A stretch of 64,000 nt of DNA, taken from Porphyridium purpureum (lineage: Eukaryota). Positions within the stretch are counted from its first letter, which is position 1. The number at the start of each line of letters is the position of its first letter. Under the pieces are notes generated by a model. The model saw only the letters and a list, made by a program, of their open reading frames with translations, did no database searches and was not told the origin of the DNA. Where the stretch lies: the NCBI GenBank assembly GCA_008690995.1, contig VRMN01000005.1, forward strand, positions 372,001-436,000. Direction: 5' to 3'. The translations under genes and the position numbers were made by a program. Shown here in pieces: positions 42,318 to 53,338 of the stretch.

Positions 42318-44389
42318 TGTCTGCCTGCTCCAAACTGTAGCTTGGCTGTACTTTTGGACGTTGCCGACCAGTTTTCACAGGAGGATGAGTGCCGGTACGC
42401 GCGTGCAGTCGTGGGATTTGTCCAATGCCTCGCACTCACACTCTAATTGACCGCTCCCGAGTCTGTCAGATTCGTGAAACACATTCAGATCACGAGGAAC
42501 GTAGAGAAGGGCGCAAAGGTGGAGAAGCGTGGAAGCTAGGACCATCGTTGATACAGTTGCCTTCTGTGAACTTTGGGATTCCCTATGTTCTTAGTTTTCC
42601 GCGGGATTGAAACAGGTGTTCACCTTTCTGGGGGTAACGGGAGCTATCTGTAGATGTCGGCATTGATGCGGAGAGACATCGGCGCATCGGTGCGGGGACG
42701 GAAGGCCGTGCAGCCAAAGCCGCATCGTCTCTCTGCCGACCAGCCCCGCTCAGGCACATGCCGACCTCGACCGAACATTCAAGTTCCTGCTTGCGTCTTC
42801 CACACCTTGTCGCTTGATACCGAAATGCCCAGCGCTTCACTGCACGCTTGAAAATACTCTTTGCGTCGTTGGCGTTCGGTTCCATGACCGCACCACGATC
42901 CGAAAAGCCGTACATGACGCCGCCAAACATGAAAATAATGGTTCCGCACCCGCTGCGAGGCCTTTGTCATATTTCATGATCGGAGAGCTTCCAGATATCC
43001 AGGAGACTTCTGGTAGGCGTTGGAGAATCCCAATCGTTTCTAGAAACAGCGTATCGTTGTTGACAAGAATCTGGACCGCTCCAGGTGGACGCCGTCCTAC
43101 GTACGACCGGCACGATGTTTTCGTTCGGGATGGATGAACAAGCGGAGAAGGTTTGAGAAATAGGTCTGCACTTTCATACTCAATTCTACGCGTAGTGCCT
43201 CAACCATTTGTTTACTCAACAGCTTGATTTGCATGTTACATAAATTTATCGCCATTGTTATTTCCAGTGCTCAGCACGATGTTTTTACGTGCATATGCAA
43301 GGAGCATTGTGCCCAAGTGCTGAGTTTGTGCATCTAGCTGAATTTGCTCCACGAACGCCACCATTTTGTGACAGAGTGCTCAGAATTTGCGCGCGCTCTT
43401 GAAAACCATTCTCAATTGCACTGGTGCGTGGCGCCGGGACTCCCGCGGAGCGAAAATGATGCAAGGTGCGTTTCTGAGTGATTGACCCCCACATCAAAAC
43501 TGTCGGGAAAATTGAAAAAGCTGCGCGCCTGCGAGGAAACCAGCAATTCAAGGCCAGCAGCGCTCCCGCACTCGTCTCTCTTGCAGCCGTGACTTTTGCG
43601 CGTCTGCCCTTCCGCTCCAGAACGAAGTGATTCGTTTCGTTTCATCGTGCACTAATTGTCCCTTCTGGGAGTTGACAGCAGATTTCGCAGCGAACCTACG
43701 CGTCCTGACTACGGATTTGTAAACTGGAATTTCGATGAAAATAGTTTGCATTCCATAGCTCTCTTTCCGACCTTCGAGAGTTGCTGCGCAAGCCGAAAAC
43801 ATGTGACCCGGCCCGCCTGTTGTATCCTCTGAGCAAATCCCGGTTCCCTCCGAGTCCGCGTCGCCGAGGCACGCTCACAAATCGTCGCAAGTCTACCTTG
43901 ACGTACTTCTCGGTGTATTTTTGCTGCGTTCTGTTTCGGAGACCTCGAGTCGCTAAGATGTCCAACACAAGCACCAATTTTGGCACCGCTGCCAAGACAT
44001 TAAGGGATACACTTTTTAACCGCAGTAGCCACCTGGACACCGAACCCACGGTAGCAGGTTCCAGCCGCTTCATTGCTTGTCTGCACCTTGGTCTATGCCC
44101 TGTATATTCTTATCGCGGCCTTGTCACATTGTTCGCCGCCAGCAGGCAACTGCATTTATTTGCGACGCACGAGCATGCCTTGATTGTATCCACATGCGCC
44201 TTAAGCCACCACATGTGGGCGAATGCGCGACTTCATTGAGATCCAATGCCGCCGGCACTTCATTGGCGGCGACACACCAACACCAACCGCATCACACACG
44301 TTCCGTGTCCGAGACGAAAGAACACTTTGTGCGTATCTAGATCGTCGCCCATCGGAGAGCGGCAGTGGAAGTGACGATCATTGGGGATC

Positions 44390-44944
44390 ATGGACAAGGC
44401 GGAAGAGGCTGTGGTGGACAATAGTGAGGATGGCACAGCAGCGTCCGCGCGCACGCCGGTGAAGAAGACGCTGCAGTACCGGAGAAAGCAATTATCCTGG
44501 GCGGATTTGAGCGAGACGGAAAAGGAGGTCGTGATTTCGTGTGGGCAGAATGCTGCATTGCGCGGGATGTTTGGGCTCACAGCGGGCTTGACAGGCCTGC
44601 TAGCCGCGCTAGCCGTTCGCGGAAAGCCTGTTTCGCAGTATTCACTTAAGACGCGGTTTATGGCAGTTGCTCTCTTCACGTTTGGAGGTACGTACATTGG
44701 CGCGATTAGCTCGATGCCGCAATGCGCACGCACGCTGGCTGCGTTACCGGACTCTATGCTCGGGACTTCTATCACTGTGGCGATCGGCGAGTGGAACACG
44801 ACGAAAATGCGGGAGGCTTACTCTAAGCAGAAGGCACTAGTACAGGATCGAGAAACCCAGATCGCGCTTAACGAGGCTGCACGCAAGCAGCAGATTGAGG
44901 CTGACGCCCAGTCGTGGGTCCCGGACGCACCAAGAGAAAAGTAG
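44390..44944 (+). CDS. Two-TM protein, OCIA-domain-like
   Basis: LSETEKEVVISC, two hydrophobic helices, GAISSMPQCARTLAALPDSMLG. Confidence 0.55.
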   Translation: MDKAEEAVVDNSEDGTAASARTPVKKTLQYRRKQLSWADLSETEKEVVISCGQNAALRGMFGLTAGLTGLLAALAVRGKPVSQYSLKTRFMAVALFTFGGTYIGAISSMPQCARTLAALPDSMLGTSITVAIGEWNTTKMREAYSKQKALVQDRETQIALNEAARKQQIEADAQSWVPDAPREK

Positions 44945-45294
44945 CAGCCACGAGTAAACACAGTCTAACTTTGTTTTTGCACGTGAAATCGTTTCCCAAA
45001 GGGATTCAAGTTCAAGCTCTTCCTTGTCAGAAGAAGTGCTGGAAAGCCGCGCTGAGATCAATAAAGGCGATCCCGGGTGAATTGTCATGCCTCGCTGGGA
45101 CCGCGCGCGCGCGCTTTCTTCCACTGTTTGACTCGCAAGACCCCATCAAGACGCGACATAAAAAAAAAAAGGCACACGCGCGATTTGCTGGACATGTCGC
45201 TGCGATCCTACCTCCCAGCTTAGGACGCCAGGACCAGGAGAAAGACGGTGCTGGCTCAATAGGAAAGGCCTCGCACGTGAGACAAGGTTTCAGG

Positions 45295-45942
45295 ATGATT
45301 GTGGACCGGATAGCGCGTTTGAACACACTGCGGGTCATACTCGCAAGCGCGAGTCCGCGACGCAAAGAAATCCTGACCACACTGGGACTTAGGTTTGAAG
45401 TGGAGCCGTCACGATTCGAGGAGACGCTTGACAAGAGTCAGTTTGCCGGTCCCGATGCGTACGTTTTGGAGAATGCAAAGCTCAAGGCACTGGACGTATG
45501 CACGCGCATGTCAGATCAAGACTATGATTTGGTGATCGGGTCCGACACAATTGTCGTGCAGGATGGACAGATTTTGGAGAAACCAGTCAGCGAGGCGCAC
45601 GCTTTCGAAATGCTGAGCGCGTTGAGCGGCAGGTCGAACACAGTCATGTCTGCAGTAGCTCTGTATACGCGATGCGGACCGGGCGGCTCGCTTGCGCTGG
45701 CGCGATTGTTTTGCGAACAAACGCAAGTCTTTTTTGCCGAGCTGTCTCCCGCACTGATCTGGTCTTACATCAAAACGCAGGAGCCCATGGACAAGGCTGG
45801 CGCGTATGGAATCCAGGGCGTTGGTGGATGCTTCGTTGAACGCATTGTTGGAGATTACTTTGCGGTTATGGGTCTACCTCAGCATCGCTTGTGCAAGGAG
45901 CTCGCCGCGTTGATGGATGAAGGGCAGCTCGAAGCTAAATGA
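45295..45942 (+). CDS. maf: Maf/ASMTL-type nucleoside-triphosphate pyrophosphatase
   Basis: ILASASPRR, VIGSDTIV, ILEKP, DKAGAYGIQG, VMGLP. Confidence 0.92.
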   Translation: MIVDRIARLNTLRVILASASPRRKEILTTLGLRFEVEPSRFEETLDKSQFAGPDAYVLENAKLKALDVCTRMSDQDYDLVIGSDTIVVQDGQILEKPVSEAHAFEMLSALSGRSNTVMSAVALYTRCGPGGSLALARLFCEQTQVFFAELSPALIWSYIKTQEPMDKAGAYGIQGVGGCFVERIVGDYFAVMGLPQHRLCKELAALMDEGQLEAK

Positions 45943-46560
45943 CGCCTCATTTCCCGAGACCTTGAGCGCAGTTACGCGGTGCTCAGTGAAAGCCACATTC
46001 AGGCTAGAAAAGCTGCTCGAGCTTTTATCTAGGGCTTTTCTTTTCCTGTGCAGATCATTCCCGCCCCGGCACAAGATTCGGTCTCGCGAGCTTTGGCAAA
46101 CCAGCCTCGCGGCGTTTGCATCATTCGCTTTGTATGTTGATGCGGCGTCCGCGCCAATCAACAGAACGATTCGAGTGAAACTCGATCACGCCTTCAATAG
46201 AACGAGCGATCCGGCGGTGGTGACCGACGACGTCGCGGACGATATGGAAGCTGGGGTCCGTGACCAGGAACCGCTAGGGGTTCGCAGGAAACCTGAAGAT
46301 ATAGCGAAATATTGTGGGGAATACGATGAGCCGCGTCTCTTACGATTGTCTTATTGATGGATTGCGGTGGATATTGCTACCTTTCCTCGCTGGGCCGTGC
46401 GAGTGCGGATGACATCAGTGGCCCTTGGAGCCACTGCGCGAATCGTAACGTTGCTTCTACTCCAGCTTTCCCTCACTGGCCTCAACTCGAGGATAGTGTC
46501 TAGAATAAGGGCTTCTACCTTCAAGAACTACGATAGTCGCGGCAATCTAACCTACTTTGC

Positions 46561-47034
46561 TCAGCCTAGCATCTTTTCTAGTGCACCAGTGCGCTGCAGC
46601 TCCAATGTGTCATCGCAGCCACCCACATGCGCGCCACGAATAAAAACGTTCGGGACCGTTCGTTGTCCAGTCAGCTCCAGCAGGGCGTTCTGTATCGCGC
46701 CACCGTTTTCCATGGTACTCAGGTCGATGTCATCAAACGTGACGCCCATGTCGGTGAAAAGATTGCGCACGTTGATGCAGTACGGGCAACGCGTCTTGGT
46801 GAACATCACGACTTTGGCTTTTGAGTTGACAACCGTATCCTCCACGAAGGCCTTGGGTGTACCTGCCTTGGCCTTCTCCCACGCCATACCCATAGCCATT
46901 CGCACGCGTCCTCCTGGGGGCTGGACACGGCTCTGCTCGGTGCGCGTCAACATACTTCCGCAGACATTCTTTCCTGCCAGCAAGGCACCTCCCTTTCCAA
47001 CTCCACGAGCACCGCCGCTGGCAACAAAAGCCAT
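46561..47034 (-). CDS. GRX: Dithiol glutaredoxin (CPYC), probably plastid-targeted
   Basis: MAFV transit-peptide start, CPYC, TGQRTVPNVFI, GGCDD. Confidence 0.93.
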   Translation of the reverse strand: MAFVASGGARGVGKGGALLAGKNVCGSMLTRTEQSRVQPPGGRVRMAMGMAWEKAKAGTPKAFVEDTVVNSKAKVVMFTKTRCPYCINVRNLFTDMGVTFDDIDLSTMENGGAIQNALLELTGQRTVPNVFIRGAHVGGCDDTLELQRTGALEKMLG

Positions 47035-47215
47035 GATTCTTGTGCCGTTCCCTTCCTTTTCCAGCAGACGATTTGTGCGCGTGTAGCTGCGTAAGGTTGG
47101 TTTCCGATCACTCCTCTCTTGGCTTTATAGACCTGACACGCGCGCCGACCCTCCAGCAGCTCTTGAGCCTTCGATAGGGGCCTAGAGATTTAGGTTACGT
47201 GGGCGGGAATTCGAT

Positions 47216-48025
47216 TTACTTCTGAGATGTAAGATGAGTGGGCACAAAAGTGCCATCGGCAAGTTTGGTGAGCGTCAGAATCTGCTGCATGCCTGTTCTT
47301 TCGCGGCGGGCCGGCAGAAAAGTTTTCATGGCGTGTTCCAGCGAAAGCCGCACCGTCGGATACGCGAGGTTTTCCCATGGAATATCAGCCCACTTGAACA
47401 TGCGTGCGTCCGATGTCTCGCTTCCGGCCCCGAGCCGACTCGTGTCAATGACTTTGGTCAAGTAGAGAATTTGCACCTGGGATGAAGAAACGATATTAAA
47501 GACGCACATCAATTCGGCGCTCGCCGCGTCCAGAACGACATTCGCTTCCTCTGATGCTTCTCGCAGCGCGCCGTCGAGTGTGCTCTCGCTCATTTCCATG
47601 AAGCCAGCAGGAAGCGTCCACTTCCCGACGGGCGGGATCGTGCGCTCAACTAGCAAGACCGCGGACTCATCCTCGCTCACCGCCACACTCCCGATCACGA
47701 CCTTTGGGTTGATGTACACGACGGTGCCGCACCCGGTGCACACAGGCCGCAGCACAGAATCATTCTGAGGCAATCGCACCTGCACCTTTGCCCCACACTG
47801 CTGGCAAAAATTGATGTTCTTCAAGTAGGGCGGCAAGTCAAGAGACGCCGCTGGATCGGCTCCGGGACCTCCACTCATGCTCGCTCGCCGCAGGGCAGGC
47901 GCCCACGCGCGCTCCGTTTTCGTGAATCCTGTGCACCCAATTGTCAGGAGCCCTGTCCAAAAAGGCAGACGACACGTGCGAATCCCAAACGGTCCAGCGA
48001 AGAGCGCGAGCCGCGTAACCGCCAT
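47216..48025 (-). CDS. Nudix hydrolase with an N-terminal zinc ribbon (NUDT23-like)
   Basis: FCQQCG...CTGCG..YINP; Nudix box AGFMEMSESTLDGALREASEEA; IPWENLAYP. Confidence 0.88.
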   Translation of the reverse strand: MAVTRLALFAGPFGIRTCRLPFWTGLLTIGCTGFTKTERAWAPALRRASMSGGPGADPAASLDLPPYLKNINFCQQCGAKVQVRLPQNDSVLRPVCTGCGTVVYINPKVVIGSVAVSEDESAVLLVERTIPPVGKWTLPAGFMEMSESTLDGALREASEEANVVLDAASAELMCVFNIVSSSQVQILYLTKVIDTSRLGAGSETSDARMFKWADIPWENLAYPTVRLSLEHAMKTFLPARRERTGMQQILTLTKLADGTFVPTHLTSQK

Positions 48026-48318
48026 TTCTGTCTACAGTCCTATTTATTCGTGCGTCCTCACCGCGGAGTCAGGAATAGCGCGTGTCTTCCCAGGCCGGGG
48101 CAATGCTCGACTTTGCCGCGCAAGCTTGGCAACGGAAGTGCGGCCCCGACGCGTAGCCAGGTCTCCACACAGGCGGAATGCTCACACGCGCGAGCGCTTG
48201 AACGAGCAATTTTTAATCTCTCTACATGCAGATCGGTGCGATGACGGCGGCAATCCACGTTCCTCCGTTCGTCATCGCCACATCCCTATCCCGCCCTTGC
48301 CCCGTCCATCCGTCTATC

Positions 48319-48376
48319 CGCCGGAAGCCGAGTCACAGCCCCGCCGGAAGCCGAGTCACAGCCTCGCCGGAAGCCG
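48319..48376. repeat. 23-bp tandem repeat, about 2.5 copies
   Basis: cgccggaagccgagtcacagccY at 48319 and 48342, partial copy at 48365. Confidence 0.85.
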
Positions 48377-48981
48377 CCGCCGCCGTCTCCGCCGCTCATC
48401 GCCGCTGCCACGCAAAGCGACCCACCCACCCACCTCCGCTCTCGCCCTCCCTGCAAATCCGGCCCAATTTCATATAACCATGCCCACCCGCCCCTACTAC
48501 CACCGGTGGGCGGGCGAGTCGTTGCCTTCCCCATCATCGAATCACCCACCCCATACCCTCCCCGCTCCTTACTCTTCCTAACACAACCGGCGCGTTTTAC
48601 TAGTCCTTCCCGCCAGGCTCTCGGTACCCCCCGGCCAAAACCCACCCGTGCTCTTCTTCCTCTACCTTTATCACTCCAATCCATATTCCTCATCATTTTC
48701 TGCCTGCTTCTCCTTCTTCTCCATACACACACGGACGCCGCAGCGCCGTTGGTTGATTGGTTTCTTTGGTTTTTGGGACCATTCTTTCTTTCTGACAAAG
48801 TCCTTGCTTTTCCGAATTAATTTAATCATCCGAGCCGCGGGTTGTAGTAGACAGGAACCACAACACCGCACATGAGCGGCGCCGGTTTCAGGGGTTTAGT
48901 ATGAAACATGGCTGGTTTGGTATATGGTTTGGCTTTTGTATGTGCGGCGATTTTCTTCGAGGAATGATTGAGCCGTGGGAA

Positions 48982-49003
48982 TAGAGAGAGAGAGAGAGAG
49001 AGA
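48982..49003. repeat. (AG)n microsatellite
   Basis: Seen directly. Confidence 0.85.
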
Positions 49004-49373
49004 AAGAGTGATTAAAAATGAGGCGGTTTCAATAGACACACATGCGCGCTGCGGCGGAGCGTGTGTGGGTTGTGCTGCGGCATAAGCAAACCACGGCCAC
49101 CAACGCCGGTTCCCAGCCGTTAGAGGGAAAGGGCCAGCGGTCAAGCGTGCTAGTGAGGCGTCGGTTTTTTTCGTGGGAACCGCGGGGGTTTGTGGCAAAG
49201 GGATCGAATCGGTTGCGGTATAAAACGAGTGGCGCATGCGGTGGAGGAGGGGTGGGGAGCAGGGAGGAAGCGTGTGTGCGGGCGCGTAGCAGGGTGGGAC
49301 AAGAGAGAGTCGGGTGGGGAGGGGGGAGGGGTTTGGGGCAAAGGTTTGCTGACCTGAGCCAGGGAACGTCGAG

Positions 49374-52300
49374 ATGTCGACGACACACGCGCCCGGGCTC
49401 GAGACCCGACAGGGCGTGAACGAGCTGGATGTGGCGCGGCAGTACTCGGAGACGTCCGCGCGCGTCGCGGCCGAGATTGAGAAGAAGAAGGCCGGCAAGC
49501 AGACCAAGGCCGAGGAGACCGCGGATCTCAAGAAGGAGCTGGAAATGTGGCAGCACAAGGTGTCTGTGCAGGAGCTGTGCGACAAACTCAACACTCACCC
49601 GGACAATGGCATGACGACGGAGGCGGCCAAGGCCAGGCTGGCAGAGGATGGCCCCAACGTGCTGTCGCCACCAAAGGTCACGCCGTGGTGGGTGAAGCTG
49701 CTGCTCCAGTTTACCAACATCTTCAGCATGTTGCTGACGCTTGCGGCCGTCTTGAGCTTCATCGGTTACGGCCTGGACAACTCCACCAACGATAATCTGT
49801 ACCTCGGGTGCGTACTTACAGGAGTGGTGATTGTTACTGCGCTTTTCTCGTTCTTCCAGGAGCACAAGTCGGACAAGACAATGGAGGCTTTCAAGAACTT
49901 TTTGCCGCCTCAGGCGCTTGTGCACCGCGACGGAAAGCAGTTCCAGATCGAGTCATCCCAGCTCGTCGTGGGAGATGTTGTCGATATTAAGCTTGGTGAC
50001 AAGATCCCGGCTGACATTCGTATCATCAAGAATGCGAAGCTTAAAGTGGATAACTCGTCTCTGACAGGCGAGTCCGAGCCTCAGGCGCGTTCCATTGACA
50101 TGACCGACGAGAATCCGCTGGAAACGAAGAACCTTGCGTTCTTCGGAACACTCGCCGTCGATGGCACGGCATCGGGAGTGATTGTGCAGACAGGTGATAC
50201 CACGGTCTTTGGTCGCATTGCCTCGCTTGCGTCGGCGGCCGGCGGTGAGATGACCACGCTTCAGGTCGAGATTCACCACTTTGTGATTGCTATTGCCATT
50301 TACGCCGTCGCCTTGGGCATAATCTTTTTAATCGTCAGCCTTGTCAAGGGTACTGGTGCCATTGCAAGCATTGTGTTCGCGCTATCCATCATCGTAGCCA
50401 ATGTGCCAGAAGGGTTGCTGGCTACCGTGACCGTGTCACTTACGCTCACGGCCAAGCGTATGGCCACCAAGCAGGTGCTTGTGAAGAAGTTGGCGTGCGT
50501 TGAGACACTCGGATCGACCACCACCGTTTGCTCGGACAAGACAGGCACGCTCACGCAGAACCGCATGACAGTGGTGCACATCATGTACAATGACGCCATC
50601 CAGACCACGCGAACGGCCACCACCGAGAAGACGTACGAATTTGACGATCCGCTTTTCAGAAGGGCGTTCTATGTGATGGCCAACTGCGCCAAGGCAGAAT
50701 TTGACGCACTTGATCTTGAACAGTTCCCAGACAAGCCCATCGCTGAGCGCGTTGTGAACGGCGACGCGTCGGAGGCTGGCATTCTCAAGTTCTGTGAAGG
50801 AGAGACGTCAGTGATGGCCGAGCGCGCGCGCAATCCGCAGTGTGGTGGGATCCCATTCAACTCGACGAACAAGTTCATGGTCACGATTCACAAGGACGCA
50901 TCGGACCCATCGAATCTTACGCAATGCTTCAAGGGGGCACCAGAGCGTGTGATGGAGCGCTGCTCGTTGATTGCAACCTCGCAAGGCGATGTTCCGTTCG
51001 ATGATGACTGGAAGCGCAAGGTGAACGAGCACCTGGCCACTATCATGGATAATGGTGAGCGCTGCCTTGGTCTGGCAATGACCAAGTACGCTCCGCCACC
51101 GCCCGGAACGGAAGAGGCGTTCTTTGACCAGGACAGTCCAGGTTTTCCCATGGACGGCATGACATTTGTCGGACTTGTTGCACTGCTGGACCCACCGCGA
51201 GAGTCAGTACCCGGAGCAGTGGAGCGTTGCCAGACCGCCGGTGTGCAGGTCATCATGGTCACCGGCGATCATCCAGCGACCGCAAAGGCGATTGCTAAGA
51301 GTGTGAAAATCATTTCGGACCCAACAGCTCAGGACATTGCGAAGATGAGGGGTATTCCTGTGGACAGCGTGGACCCTGCTGAGGTGAAAGCCGTGGTAGT
51401 TCCCGGATGGGAACTGAAAGACTTTGAGGAAGACGACTGGAATCGTGTCCTGGCACACCCTCAGATCGTCTTTGCCAGAACGAGCCCGCAACAAAAGCTG
51501 ATCATCGTGGAGAACTGCCAGCGTCTAGGCAAAATCGTTGCCGTGACGGGTGACGGAGTGAACGACTCTCCGGCGCTGAAAAAGGCAAACATCGGCGTAG
51601 CCATGGGCATCGCCGGTTCGGACGTCAGCAAAGAGGCTGCGGATATGATCCTGCTGGACGATAATTTCTCGTCGATCGTCTCCGGCATCGAGGAGGGGCG
51701 CCTGATTTTCGACAACCTCAAGAAATCGATTGCGTACACGCTCAGTTCGAACATTCCTGAACTCGTGCCTTTCTTGATTTTCATCATTTTGGGTGTCCCG
51801 GCCGCCCTCTCAACCATTCTGATTTTGTGCATTGATCTCGGTACGGACATGATCCCGGCTATTTCGTTTGCGTATGAAGTCGCCGAGTCTGATATTATGG
51901 AGCGGCCGCCGCGTAACGCGCATAGAGATCGACTGGTGAACCGTGTGCTTGTGTGCTTCTCCTACTTGCTGCTCGGCATCTACCAGGCCTTGGGCGGCTA
52001 CTTTGCTTTTGTCATGGCGTTTAACGATTACAATATTTCGCCAGCGTTATTGCCTGGCTTGGACTCATCGCAGAACTTCGCGGCGTCTAGTGAAAGTGAT
52101 CGTATCTGGTGGTTCACGATTGTGGAAGAGTACCAACGCAATCCGGCAACTTATGAAACCAAGTTCACGGAGGAGAATAGCGAGTTTGAGGCCTTCTTCA
52201 ACTCTGCTCAACCAGGTGTTGTGCAGCAGACGGTCGAGGTTGAGATGGATCTCCAGCCTACTCCAGATGCGAACTTTCCTCCCGTGCCGATTGTTGGCGC

Positions 52301-52913
52301 ATCCAGCAACGAACAGTTCAACAATATGATGAAGATTGTCGGTATTGTGCTGGAAAAGCCGTTCTGTCTTGAATTTGCATGTGTGCGTGATGGCGCCGTA
52401 GTCATGAACGATTATGATGTGTGCTTCAGCACAGAGACTACAGATCCCGTGTATTATACTGGTGCGAACACTGGCGTTGTGAATCCAAACGTCGATATTG
52501 GATCTGGTGACGGGCAGGGGTGTATCAACAGCTGGACATACGACCAACAAAGGGAGACAGTGCTACGATGTCAAACGGCATACTTTGTTGCTGTCATCAT
52601 TATCCGAACGATGATTGCATTCACTTGCAAGACTCGCTTGCTTCCGCTGTCTTGGCACGGCATTATCTCGAACAAGGTGCACATATTTGGCGTATTCTCC
52701 ATGTACCTCATGATTGCCGCCTTGTCTTACGTTCCTGGTTTGAACACGGCGTTTGGTGCCGCGCCTCTGAAGGCGCTGCACTGGCTCCTTGGTGTTCCGT
52801 GGGCCGTCATTGTGCTCATGGGAGGTGAGTTGAGGAAGCTGCTATTCAGAATGGGGTTGAGGAATCCAAACTTCAAGCTTGGTGTGTGGCTGCGCAACTA
52901 CAATTATTGGTAA
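49374..52913 (+). CDS. P2C-type (Na+/K+-ATPase alpha-like) P-type ATPase
   Basis: TGES, VANVPEGL, CSDKTGTLTQN, KGAPER, MVTGDHP, GDGVNDSPALKKA, AYTLSSNIPE, ILCIDLGTDM. Confidence 0.93.
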   Translation: MSTTHAPGLETRQGVNELDVARQYSETSARVAAEIEKKKAGKQTKAEETADLKKELEMWQHKVSVQELCDKLNTHPDNGMTTEAAKARLAEDGPNVLSPPKVTPWWVKLLLQFTNIFSMLLTLAAVLSFIGYGLDNSTNDNLYLGCVLTGVVIVTALFSFFQEHKSDKTMEAFKNFLPPQALVHRDGKQFQIESSQLVVGDVVDIKLGDKIPADIRIIKNAKLKVDNSSLTGESEPQARSIDMTDENPLETKNLAFFGTLAVDGTASGVIVQTGDTTVFGRIASLASAAGGEMTTLQVEIHHFVIAIAIYAVALGIIFLIVSLVKGTGAIASIVFALSIIVANVPEGLLATVTVSLTLTAKRMATKQVLVKKLACVETLGSTTTVCSDKTGTLTQNRMTVVHIMYNDAIQTTRTATTEKTYEFDDPLFRRAFYVMANCAKAEFDALDLEQFPDKPIAERVVNGDASEAGILKFCEGETSVMAERARNPQCGGIPFNSTNKFMVTIHKDASDPSNLTQCFKGAPERVMERCSLIATSQGDVPFDDDWKRKVNEHLATIMDNGERCLGLAMTKYAPPPPGTEEAFFDQDSPGFPMDGMTFVGLVALLDPPRESVPGAVERCQTAGVQVIMVTGDHPATAKAIAKSVKIISDPTAQDIAKMRGIPVDSVDPAEVKAVVVPGWELKDFEEDDWNRVLAHPQIVFARTSPQQKLIIVENCQRLGKIVAVTGDGVNDSPALKKANIGVAMGIAGSDVSKEAADMILLDDNFSSIVSGIEEGRLIFDNLKKSIAYTLSSNIPELVPFLIFIILGVPAALSTILILCIDLGTDMIPAISFAYEVAESDIMERPPRNAHRDRLVNRVLVCFSYLLLGIYQALGGYFAFVMAFNDYNISPALLPGLDSSQNFAASSESDRIWWFTIVEEYQRNPATYETKFTEENSEFEAFFNSAQPGVVQQTVEVEMDLQPTPDANFPPVPIVGASSNEQFNNMMKIVGIVLEKPFCLEFACVRDGAVVMNDYDVCFSTETTDPVYYTGANTGVVNPNVDIGSGDGQGCINSWTYDQQRETVLRCQTAYFVAVIIIRTMIAFTCKTRLLPLSWHGIISNKVHIFGVFSMYLMIAALSYVPGLNTAFGAAPLKALHWLLGVPWAVIVLMGGELRKLLFRMGLRNPNFKLGVWLRNYNYW

Positions 52914-53338
52914 TCCGATCTCTGAAGGTGACACAAATGAAGGGAAGAGGACGAGCAGATGGAATCTTCTCAGGGTTTCTGTAAGTGAACCAAGGATCTC
53001 TCATAGTAAATATCGTCCCGCATGATGTTTCAACAGTATTCCACGAACACTCTCATACAGACGAACTATCCTCAAAGCGTAATCACGCCATGCGGTTTTC
53101 GCCACCAGCCTTCCGAGTTTCACCCCCGTGGCCGCCCCGGTTGGTTTGCTGAACAGCCCGTAGGATCTCGTCTACTCCATCGCCTGAACTGGACGAGTAG
53201 CCTGAGCGATGCGACGTCAAAATGCTTGCTGTCGGATCTTGACGTGGTGAGTCTCACAATTGATTTGAATGTGCTCTGCCTGTCAGAGTTCTGCGCCAGT
53301 CTCGACAAGCGTGGCCGTTCAGTGCAACATCGACACCG

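Noticed and set aside
44914..45294. Long N-terminal extension of Maf, or a fusion with the upstream gene
   Set aside because: Non-ATG start and UTR-like sequence with an A-run. Maf homology starts at ATG 45295.
48319..48376. 23-bp repeat as a CRISPR repeat
   Set aside because: Copies are directly adjacent with no spacers, there are no cas genes, and the context is eukaryotic.
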